Source: Klebsormidium nitens
Taxonomy: Eukaryota; Plantae; Klebsormidiophyceae
Direction: 5' to 3'
Assembly: GCA_000708835.1 (NCBI GenBank)
Contig: DF237320.1
Location: 1-64,000, forward strand
DNA length: 64,000 nt
Below the pieces are notes generated by a model, which searched no databases, was not told the DNA's origin, and saw only the letters and a program-made list of their open reading frames with translations. Position numbers and translations under genes: made by a program. Each line of letters begins with the position of its first letter. Positions within the stretch are counted from its first letter, which is position 1. Below, piece by piece: positions 52,387-63,246 of the stretch.

Positions 52387-52831
52387 AAGGACGATCGATG
52401 AACACGGCCCGCTCAGGCTAGCACTTAGCTTTCATTGCACATTATCATTTCAGGATCGGCTGGGACGTCCTAAACATATATATATATCCACGAAGCCAGC
52501 AGCTGCAGCAAACGGTGGGGGATCAGCGCTGAGTCATCATCGAGCGACCCGATTCTATATAACATCCAGCAATCCAGGCGACTCCGGATCAAAGCCGAGG
52601 GATGCACCTGAGGCTGATTGTGACGGGATGGGATTTGGCTGTGTATCCACCCTGCCAGCTCGTTGATCCGTTGAGATCTTGCATGCCAGTGAGTTGAAAG
52701 ATCTGATCCTGTTTTGAAGCTCTAAGATCAGACTTCAAATCTGAGAGAGTCTCTAGTGAGGATGCTAAATATAACCAGCTTCAACATTGCATACATGAAA
52801 CTATGAGGATTGGTTCGACTTCCAATGCTTG

Positions 52832-55117
52832 ATGACTGACACCATGAATCGCTCCGCTGCAAACGTCAGCCCTAAATCGCCGCTTGAGATTTCCCTTTCT
52901 GAGGACTGGCTGCGGCAACCTGTCATCGTTGCTGTTATAGTACTGGTGGGCTTTTGTGTCTTCGTGGCCATTCCGTATAGCATGGGAGGGTTGGAGGGCG
53001 GAGGAGCCGGCTACTCAACAGCGATTTCAACTCACTCCGCTGTGCGTCAAGGGCTCCACATGCTGGCGGGCAGAGGGTTTGACGTAAAAGGTGGGGCTCA
53101 AGATTAGTCCAGGCCCTTCTAGCCTACTTGTCTGGGTGAATCAAGATCAAATAAGAGATGCTCCTTTTCATCCTTCTTCGCATAGAATGACTTCTGAGCA
53201 CCCTGATTAAAGCTAATTCAAAATGCTTAAATAAGGGCCTCACTTGATTGCTTATGCCTTGTTGCAAGCTGCATTGCAGTTTCTGAGTAGGTCGAACTAG
53301 TGTAGTAACCTGGTCGTTCATCAAGAGGAGGCTCACACCGGATCTAGGATCCAAAGCTAAATTTCAGGGCAGTCAAGCCTCCACTTTAACCAATCTGCAA
53401 AGATTACAGATGTACAACATCTTATAGACAGAGTATCTTGCAAGATGAGAAGCTCGCTAGCTGTGTCTGGGTACCTCTTCTTCTCTAACAAATGCTTGAT
53501 CTCTTATACAAAAGGTACCGTTTTGCCATTCTGCTTCATCCAGACGTGCTCTGCCTCAACACTGTTGCTTTGATGTAGCGCCGTACGATGCTGAGGCGCA
53601 GCATGAGCAGCTTCTCAAACAAGCGATTCAAACCATGGAGGAAAATATTGTTCGGAGGGAGGGCTATGTAAGCCCCTGGCACAGCGGCCACATCAAAGAC
53701 CAGAAGGTGAGAGCACTGATCAGGAGAAAGGAAACATCGAATGTGAATCCTGATCAAAGCGTAACTGGTAGGGTGCTAGCATGATTACTTTGTTTCAGGC
53801 TATCACTTTTGTCTGCAAGTCTTGAAACTTTACGAACTACTTGGAGGCCTCAAGGGGTCCTCCTTGCAACCCACGATCTCTCTGCTTCCTGAAAATGACA
53901 AAGCATACTGATTCACATGGATCAGCCAGCTAGCTTTGTAGCCTCAGTATGATCAGAAGACAAATTCGTCCGAAGAGTCTGGTCTTGTCAGACGGGCTCA
54001 TTTGATTGAAATGTCAAGGCCCTCCAGTGAGACTTGGAACAATATGCTTTTGATCACTGGACGGCTTGATATGTACTTGAAAAGTGGTTGACAATCACGG
54101 CAGACCTTCTGACACTGGCATCCGCACCCTCATTGGCACGGGTGGAGCATCTTAGAACCGTGTCTATTGCAGGAGGTCTACCTGAAGGAGCTGCTGGAGT
54201 ACTGGGTGCCCATCTATCCATGCTACCGCGAAGTCCGCTACGGTCTGATGGGCGATGGCGGCAAGTGGTTGTGCAATGCGCACCGGCTCAACGAGCAAAG
54301 CGTCATCTACAGCATAGGGAGCAATGCGCAGACGGACTTCGAAATGGAACTGATCGGTGCCACTGGAGCGGAGGTCCACGTCTTCGATTGCACATTGAAG
54401 GAGGCAGACGTGGTCAAAGTGTCCAGCCTGTCCCCGCTACTGTTCTTCCACCCCTGGTGCCTCGCAGAGAAAACGAATCTGGCAAGTGACGTGTGCGACA
54501 TTTGAGTTCGCCTCCAAAGCTGTTCCACTGCAGTGCGCTGGTTGGAAGTGCGGTGTACGTTAGGGACCGACCGATGGTTCAACATGAAGGAGAAATCAGA
54601 TTGCGTACTCTTACGTTCGGACCTGCAGTTGTCGACAACCTGAGGATCAATGTCAAAAAACTGCGTGGACGCTGTAAATCTGGAGTCCACAGTGAAGCGT
54701 GACTTGAATCCACCTTTTGGCTGTGGCGAAGACATTTGCACCTGATCACACCTTTGTATCACTGACAAAGTCCGCCCACATGGTTGTGTGCAGGAGAAAA
54801 ACGTTTACAGCCTGACGGACATTATGTTCAACCTCGGCCACCCGTTTCTGGACGTGCTGAAAGTTGACTGCGAGAGATGCGAGTTTACCAGCTTCAAGTC
54901 CTTCTTGTCACGCCTGGTCTATGAGCGCTCCAATCCACCTGTCGGTCAGTTTCTGGTGGAGACCCATAACGATGCCAGAGACGACCACAAACTTGTTGAC
55001 ACGTTCCTGAGGGAGTTGGAGACCGCGGGGTTTCGGCTGTTCCATATGGAACCCAATTGGCGCTGGTGGCCGCAAGGCGCCGAATGGGCGTTTGTGAATC
55101 CGTCAAGATTGAAATAG
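52832..55117 (+). CDS. Type-II membrane Methyltransf_22 / METTL24-like methyltransferase, paralogue 2. Exons 52832-53090, 53579-53706, 54173-54481, 54794-55117
   Basis: Same intron positions and phases as paralogue 1; TM PVIVAVIVLVGFCVFVAIPY; GDGGKWLC, YSIGSN, LDVLKVDCERCEF; reading frame intact. Confidence 0.9.
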
Positions 55118-56545
55118 GCGAAGCGTGTAAGCATCAATGTCGCATCCCAAGTTGGTCAATCAAAAGGAACAGTTTGAATAGGAAGCAGAAGTACAGACGC
55201 CCCCGATCTGCCCACGTACACAAAGCAGCCTACTCGTGAAAAAAACTGAGCCACGCAAAAACGTTTGTTGTTTGGATTAGCTGATTGACCACAGCCATTT
55301 TGACGGTATCCAAAGCCTCGATCCAGATAAATGATTTAGTCATACGTGGAAGGTCACACATTTATCGTTTAGTACGTTTTAAATATAGTAGCGAGTATTG
55401 AACACCATGTGCAGGGCCGGGTGTATTGTTTTAAGCGACCTTTGGCTGGACTAGGTTCGATCAAAATAAAGCGGAACAGGCTCGTATATTCACTCTCATG
55501 GACATAGTTCCCTTGTCTATAAAGGATTCAACTTAACACTAGTTGCGCCTTCATGTATAATATGCTGCAAATTTGAAGACAGAATACGCTCACCATTCTA
55601 AGCATGTTCGGAGAGCCTTGATTCGCGGAGCAAAAGTTGAAAACGAGAGCCTCTGCCACGTTACGTCGATGGACTAGATATTCCACTCATGATGGTACAT
55701 CAAGTTCAATATTATGTTGAAGCTCATACGTCCAGACTCACCAGGCTACCGCGGCTCAGCGGGCCATTTTACATTGTCTTATGCTTACGGCCTACCCTAT
55801 GCGTTCATTTGGCCAAATATACATGCACTGAGTCAGCAGGTTACCAGGACTCGGATGCATCAGAAATCACCGGGGTAAAGGCCATTGAGCCACCGTGACG
55901 GCGTCCGCCTGAATAACTCGGTGTACATGAGGACTTACTAGCTGGCCATCTCAGTTCTCTCTAAAGTTCTCTAAGTTTTAAATCCGTCATACACGATCAG
56001 TAGGTAGCGGACGTTGTCTTCTCAAGCGGGCCCCCCTAGCTAAGTTGGTGTCCAACGATTTGCTGTCAGGCGGCTAGTAAGCAACCTCAACGTCTCCACT
56101 GTCAAGCTGTTCACTATATGCTCGAAAAGAACGGCTCGCTGTGATTAGATTGTTAGCCTGGGGACTCACTTGCACTCCGTTTGCAGTACATCAGCGGACT
56201 GTGAGGTTGAAGTTTCTTTGCATGCCGCTATAAAAGGTCCCCGAGAAGCGTGAACGACACAAGAGCAGGGCAGCTAGCGAGCTAGGCGGCTACCATGCAG
56301 CAAGCTCTAAACGTTGCAAACCGAACGACCTTCAATATCTAGCGGCCCAGATCCGCCTCGCGCTGGGCCAGAAAAGCTTCCGCGAGTCAAATTATCATGC
56401 TCAATTAACTCTATAAATAAGGAGTCTGCACGTGACGCAAAAGAAATTTCAAGCGCCGAAAGCGGCGCGCGCGCGCCGCTCGGCCATCAAGGTCACCGGC
56501 CGCGTACGCTCAAGGACAATCAAGCTTTACTTAATTTTGTTTTGA

Positions 56546-56821
56546 TTGGCATGCCGATGCTCATCCTTAGTGATCGGCGGTGTCGTTTCAGGCCTGCACG
56601 TGAGAGATTATTATTATTCAAACAAGCTGCCGCACTTGCTGACCCACCGTGACTTCACGCCCGAGTTGCTTGAACGCACCCCGGCGCCTCGCATGCTGTT
56701 CGTGCACAAGCGACTACACGATGCTCAAAATCATGCGCCATGGCACGTACTCGGCTATACGTATCCGCTTAATCATGAACCCCGTATGCAAAGTTCAGTA
56801 GCACGTACCATGCTTGCGTAA
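56546..56821 (+). other. Short coding-like ORF, unknown
   Basis: VIGGVVSGLHVRDYYYSNKLPHLLTHRDFTPELLERTP… reads protein-like; no ATG-led model or domain recognised. Confidence 0.2.
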
Positions 56822-57249
56822 GTGAGATTTGATATCAAATAATGCCGAATTTGGGAATCTGCACATTGATGCACTAGCGAAGATTCTCGATCGAGCGCAC
56901 GTTAATTCATCAATTTGCGCTTGAGTTCGGCCGTCCTGCTTAAGCGCCGCGCCAACTTGAAGCTGGTGACTTGATTCAATCCGCAACAAGCGCTCAGATC
57001 ACTGTTCATTACTGCCTTCCTCCCGAATAAGATGAAAGGCCCGACGAACTTGAGAATTCAACTGTCAGGCGACTCTTACAAACAACCTTGCCTGGAATTA
57101 TATGAGATCGCGAACTTGAACAACTTCGTGAGGAATAAGTCACAGCTTTGGGACAACCACCGACCATTAGAAGAGCCTTTCTGCACGTCTGTACAAGAAC
57201 CACGGATTGGAAACCACGCAAGAGTGTCGTCAAAGCCGTAAGGGAAGAA

Positions 57250-58326
57250 TTAATCGAATTTGTCTCTCAATTCTTTCAACACAAAGAGCTCGTTCACTTG
57301 GCAATACTGCAGTACACGAGATCTTTCATTGGGGTACTTCACGCTGAGGTTGTATCTGCGGGTAATCTCGTACTCAATCTTCTGTTGAGCGGGTGTAAAT
57401 CTCGACGGATCCTGCTTCGTTTTCACTAGATACATAGACCGATTGTAGCTAAGCCTTTCGATCGGCTTCTCTCGCCACATCTCCTTCTGCAGTTTCTCTG
57501 GATTGAAATGCGTGTCGAGAGCGAGAAGGCGGCTATACCAGTAGTCCGGCGCGCAAGCCAGCTCCGCTGTCTGATTCAGCGCCGACATCATGGTCCTCAT
57601 TGTCCCCACCAAGTGCCGATCTTGAAATCCGCCATAGTCTTCTTCGATGGGCATATAAACCTGCCCATCTTCTATCGAGTCAAAGATGTTCTGATGCTCG
57701 CACAGGTATAGCTCGTCAGGCCGCGAGTAAACGACGTAGTCGTACTTATCCAGCAGGTTGAAGTACGCCAGCTTTTGCTGCGTGAACCAGCGGTACGCGA
57801 GGATGATCCCAGTGGCGGTTCCGTGTCTGCAACCCCCCAGGCCCCCCATGAAAAACCCTTGAACCCCGCACACTTTTCGCCACGTGCTGTTGCCAGCCGG
57901 ATTATCAGTGCACGTCGTGGCAACCTCGTCCCAGACCAGCCCCCAGTCCGCGTACTCGGGCACCGTCCAGTCGTATTGGGCGACGCGGTGAAGAAGTGTA
58001 TCCTTACGATCCCCGCTGAAACATAGCGCCAGGTGTGCGTTGTACGGTTGCAGCAGATTCTTCACGAGGGACCGCCATGCCAGCTCCCCGCCGCGGGCCT
58101 GACCAAAGAGAACCACGAGGATGCGCGGGCGCTGCATCTCTTTCCGCATCCATAAATACGTCCGCTCAAGGTCTTTACTAAGCGAGTTCCGTAAGGTGCT
58201 CCTTCGAGAAGATTCAGGTGCGTCAATATTCCTAGCCGGAACTGGCGACGGGGCCTCCCGATGCTGGCGCCCGGCATCTTTGATATGAGGGTTCGCACCT
58301 TCGCCCGCGTGTTGGGATACAATCAC
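57250..58326 (-). CDS. Terminal exon of an uncharacterised, putative glycosyltransferase-like protein
   Basis: 358-codon open frame starting at a CTCCAG acceptor; motifs RILVVLFGQAR, YDYVVYSRPD and DYGGFQDRH, which I recall from an uncharacterised family thought to be GT-like. Upstream exon unresolved. Confidence 0.6.
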   Translation of the reverse strand: MIVSQHAGEGANPHIKDAGRQHREAPSPVPARNIDAPESSRRSTLRNSLSKDLERTYLWMRKEMQRPRILVVLFGQARGGELAWRSLVKNLLQPYNAHLALCFSGDRKDTLLHRVAQYDWTVPEYADWGLVWDEVATTCTDNPAGNSTWRKVCGVQGFFMGGLGGCRHGTATGIILAYRWFTQQKLAYFNLLDKYDYVVYSRPDELYLCEHQNIFDSIEDGQVYMPIEEDYGGFQDRHLVGTMRTMMSALNQTAELACAPDYWYSRLLALDTHFNPEKLQKEMWREKPIERLSYNRSMYLVKTKQDPSRFTPAQQKIEYEITRRYNLSVKYPNERSRVLQYCQVNELFVLKELRDKFD

Positions 58327-59393
58327 CTGGAGTTGGGCCGCAATATCATACAGCGTCGAAGTGCTGAGACAAGATCGGCACGGGACAGATTAGAACCTTG
58401 GAAGTAACAGCGGCAGTGCATGCTAAGACTAAAACAGTAGATGCTACTTCCCGTTACGACTTGTGGAGCCGAACTCTTGTTGTAGGAGATTTTTGAGAAG
58501 CGAAAAAGTTCGCCCATGGAAGGAAGGTCTCATCGGTTAAGTAAACATGACAGAATGTTTCATCTTTTCACCAAAAATCTTTTGGAAGCAAGGCCGCCCG
58601 TCAATGGCACAGTCAATTGCCGGTTTTCAATTGCGGAAGTTTCAAGGGGTTTCGTGTAAGCTAGTAGCTTCGAACGGAGCGGAAGGAGATCGTAGAACCA
58701 AATGTCTTGAGAATTGACCCAAAGGAGCAAAACTATTAGAGCTCCACTTTACGGTCTGCTAGACCTGCGTAACTTGTCAGGCCATAGATAAAAAATTACC
58801 GGTGAGGGGAAGGATGGCGAGCCCGTACAGAAGTATCAATTACTGACTTGGGAGCTGGTAGCCAGTAAGAGCAGGGTCCGGCCAGATGCGCAAGGGCCAT
58901 AATGTCCAACCATGCATAAACTCCTGGTCCAGAAGGTCTACTTTCAACATTCACTCCGCACTGCTTATGGCGCAATCTTTATCAGCTTCATTGTCTTTTC
59001 CTTATTGTGATTTGGACACAACGTAACAAGTGATGGTGGTGAGACGTACACATATTGCGGTGTTCCGCCACTACTAAAAAGACGCACAGCCCAAAAAAGC
59101 ACCGGTTTCGAATTACGAAGCTACTAAAAGATCTGCATTCCAAGCCTGATGCAGCTTTTTGTTGGATCTATTTTTCGGAGCTAGGCCACACTTGTGATCA
59201 GTCGCCAGGAAAAGTCAAACCAGAGAGCACTTCCAGCCACCCGGGAACTGTATACTCGTATCAAGGAAAGGATCCAATGACGTCACTTAACTTTGGGGCA
59301 GTAGAATACTGTAGTTCTAACATCATTTCGTGTCTCCCTTGCACAATCTTTTGAGAAACAGGATCAAAATTTATTTTGCGCCGCTTGCTCACC

Positions 59394-60477
59394 TTTGTGT
59401 CTTTACTCGAATCGGAGCTCTGTTCAAGCCAGCATCCTTCAGCTCCAGCAGGCTCTCAACGACGTCATCGACGTAAGCAAATGTGCGACGCCTATTTGCC
59501 CCACGCAAAGAGACAGATATGTACGCTGGATTATTGATTCCTTGTTGGATCAGATCTCGTATGGCCAAATCAGCAGCCGGCGTGGCCCCAAGCAAGACAT
59601 AATCGTGAGGGCCATATGCACAGTCTATTCTTAACACGCCAACTTTAAAATCCGCCGTCTTTTCCGAAGTGGCTTCGTTTTCTCCCATAGCTTTCATCCA
59701 ATTATGGGTGTTCGCTCCAGTTATGACAGGAGGCGGCAATATTCTGGACATATACCAGCCCGTTGGTATTGCTGCTGCCACATAGATATAATTGGGTATG
59801 CCGTTCCGCTTGCAGGAGTTCAAAGACAGTGTATTAATCAGGACGTTATCATCAAAGTACGGATCCGTGCCATCTTGGTCGTCAGCGACTCCCGTCATAA
59901 TAGCAAGGTGGTAGACATAGTCGGCTCCACGCAGGTATCTTTCCGAGCTCTCCCCTATCCTGAGGTCTGCATGACAGAAGTCTCGAGAGACGTTGATAGC
60001 CCAGGAACCATTTTCAATTTGGAGGTTTCGTAGCTGACCCCGCCATAGGTTATCGATAACTTTGATCTGCTCGCTCGGGACTACTCCGCTAAGCTTCTTG
60101 ACCAGATTGCTGCCGATAAAACCTGCACCACCGGTTACTATGAAGCGCGGCCGGGGCGTGTCTGGTTGAAAGAGACCATGAGCTTCGCCGTGGAAGGGAC
60201 ACCCCTTGCCAGCAATGTCTGGGAAGTCTGAATGCAGGATATCTCCCGCAGCTTCTGCTGCTGAATAGATCCGTTTGCTTGTGTATTTTTGATCAGGTTT
60301 CTGGGCTGGTTCAAAGTGTAGCCCTTGAAATACATTTTGCGCTTCCAGACTCCACCTGGAAGGTGGGCTCAAAAGCAGGGTGGAGGGCTCTGCCGCGTCC
60401 CGGAATCGCTGCAAGCCCAAGAAAAGAATACTGAGGGTCACCCCGAGGGGCAAGACGTAACCTTGCGAGAGACCCAT
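59394..60477 (-). CDS. Membrane-anchored NAD-dependent NDP-sugar epimerase/dehydratase-like protein (extended SDR); 3' exons unresolved
   Basis: ATG 60477 (MGLSQG), TM YVLPLGVTLSILFLGL, Rossmann motif FIVTGGAGFIGSNLV, VIDNLWRG, VYHLA, RTFAYVDDVVE; GTGAGC donor at 59393. Confidence 0.82.
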
Positions 60478-62276
60478 TGACCTGTAAGCTTCAACACATT
60501 TGCAGGCTAGCTTGCAATGCTTTCTCTTGCCTTGCAGCCTTACAAATACGAGAGACAACCTTCCATCCCCGTGCGTGTGGCAATGCTGTTTTGTGACGTG
60601 TAATAGCAGGAAGCTTGCGGTGTGACACAAGCGCAGGCCATAACAAGTGAAGAGATGCTCTAAACCAAAAATAAGGACCAGTGGGCCTAAATGTATCTAG
60701 CTTAGTCAAGCGGCGCGCCGGCCTTGGACGCACTGATTGAGAAGTCAACCGATCCGTTCAGGAGCAGATCAAGCAGCTGGACGTGGTATATGACAGACCA
60801 ATAGGCTCAGACTTCACTCCCATGCCAGACCTGATCAACAAGATTGTGCAATGCGGAGGTTCAGTCTAGTCAGCTCTTCCCTCACTCAGACTACGACTTC
60901 AAGTTGCAGATAGCTAGCTTCTGGGACGTCCTGTTAAAAATACCGGTATAACGTGTAGACTGTCCAATTGGGCTGCACCGGGGGCTGCACCAACAACAAA
61001 GATCTATTTCTGCAGCTCCTTATCGTCTTGTACTCAAAATCCCTTACTTACCGTAATCGGCTAAGAATGCATTGGAACCGCCGTGTCTGCAAACATGTGA
61101 GGGTTGAAACTCCGCAAGTGCATTGAATCTTAAGAAATTTCTCGACTCCAAAGCAAACGAACGAATCTACGATAATGACGTGACGCACGAATGCAGCCCG
61201 GCCGCGGAAGGACGTATTTCATGCGGCCCCAATGTCGGCGGGCCGGAGACGAAGTGCTTCATGCCTGTGATTGTTTCAGTCAACATAATCATGACCACAA
61301 CTTTGTGACCGCACAATATCAATTTTGAATAATTACTCAAGCTTTTAAGCTCGACAGATCCATTGAACCTTCAACCGGTCATGTCATTCTGTCATGCAGC
61401 GGCCTCCCCCAGTCGTACTGCAGATTCACTGAACCAGGTCCGGCGCATAAGGCATTTGACGGTCGCGATCGACACAATTGACGTCATCTATTTTATACTA
61501 CTAGTGTCTACTAGTGATCGCAATCGTCAGCTCACGTGCAGGTGTACGCAGATCGACGACATACCTAACTTAATATCACAAATGTACGCTTACAGCGCAT
61601 GCGGCCAGCTTGGGCCTCGCGGCCGGCGCACCGCTAACCCTTCCTACTTTTTACTGAACTTCTCAGCACACGCCATACCTAGAATATTGCCCTGTTTCTA
61701 CATAAATGGCCGTTTATCGTCGAAACCGGTGAATTTGGTGACGGGAGCGCGGGCAAGTGCGGCAGAATCTTGTGACGGATTAGCACGTACAGCACTTTAT
61801 CGAACGGAATCTACAGCCAAATGACGAGCCCGTCGAAAATGACTCCTCGGGAGTTCTCGATTGAGCGACCTTCCATGCTAATATATGTACATCTCTGTCG
61901 CCGGACTTTACAACTCAGGAAAAGGTGGATGAAAGAGAATTCGTATCGATCTGTTTTAACCGTACAGTCAACAGTAACCTACCGTAATTTTACCAATCGG
62001 TATAAGTTTGATTGACCTGGTAGGCAATCCCGGTAGACTGTACTGAAAGCAAACCGACCACTATACCCAGTCCAAAAGCTACCCGGCTACCCGGTAGCTA
62101 AGCTCGGTACTTCGTTCCGCGCTTCCGGCAACCGTGGTCCCCGACAATCTGTAGGCGGAGTTCAGTATCACATCGTAGATTATTTTTCAATCTCTAGCTA
62201 CTGCAACTACCGGTGATAGTCCCATCTGAGTAGGCTGACGTCGCTGTTCGACGGTACGGGTAAAACGACTGAGCCT

Positions 62277-62298
62277 GGCCGGCCGGCCGGCCGGCCGG
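62277..62298. repeat. (GGCC)5 self-complementary microsatellite
   Basis: GGCCGGCCGGCCGGCCGGCCGG. Confidence 0.95.
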
Positions 62299-63246
62299 CG
62301 CGCGAGCCGCTCAGCTAAGGCTTCAATATCATTGAAAGTTGCCGTCTTGCTGCGCCGCGGCCCCGGTCTGCCAGGCGCGGCGGGCAGGTCGAGCCTGGGT
62401 CACTATGTACCTACTAAGATGAAGTAATGGCAAAGTAGAGGAGTCCATACTAGGCAAGTAACTACAGTGGTACCCTCGGGAGGCGGCTGGCCGGGGTCTT
62501 CGAATGTCGTCTAATCGTCCATCTAACAAAGTGCGTTTAAGGCCGTCTCCGAGTCGGCGTGGAGCAACCCCAAGTAGAGTAGTAGCTCAGCCAATCACAG
62601 AGTGTGTTACCTGCATATACTAATAGACGAAGATCATTATGTGCTCACCCCGGTGGGGTAAAAACGGCGCGGGCCGGCACGGTTGTGCAGTCCTAGGGGC
62701 ATTTAATGATCGAGTGGCACGACTCGTCCTCAGGCAATTACCGATGAGCCGATATTGTGAGGGCGCCGAAGCCTCTGAGGCGGCCGTGAGTCCAAATAAG
62801 AAGAATATATAATGGGTTGTTGAGAATATCGCATCAAGCAAACAAGGCTTTTGAGGCCACCAGGAAACTTTCAGCAACAGTGGTCCTCCAGTGGTCAGTC
62901 GAAATTGATACGCTGCACAACAGTCTGCGTGTTGTTCGATCGAGCCTTCCGAGCCCGAGCTGTCATTTAGTCATACTACACTGCTAGCATCGCCACTAGC
63001 AAGGCCAGCTCAAGGTGAGCAACAATCTGGTAGATCCGCAAATGCGGACTCGAGCTCTACGGAGTCTGTAGATGGAGCTTCAGACCTATGAAGTCATTTC
63101 CTGACACTCACCACGATGCGCGGTACTATTTTCCATGCTCCTCATCTGAATTCAACGACCATCAAAATCTGAGGCAACCATCAATCAGTGCCCCTATCTG
63201 CGCCTAGTGTGCTGTTTAATTCCAAGCGGCTTGGCTGCTCAGCATC

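Noticed and set aside
61363-62015. ORFs 61363-61824 and 61821-62015
   Set aside because: No motifs, splice support or coding-like composition; probably chance ORFs in intergenic DNA.
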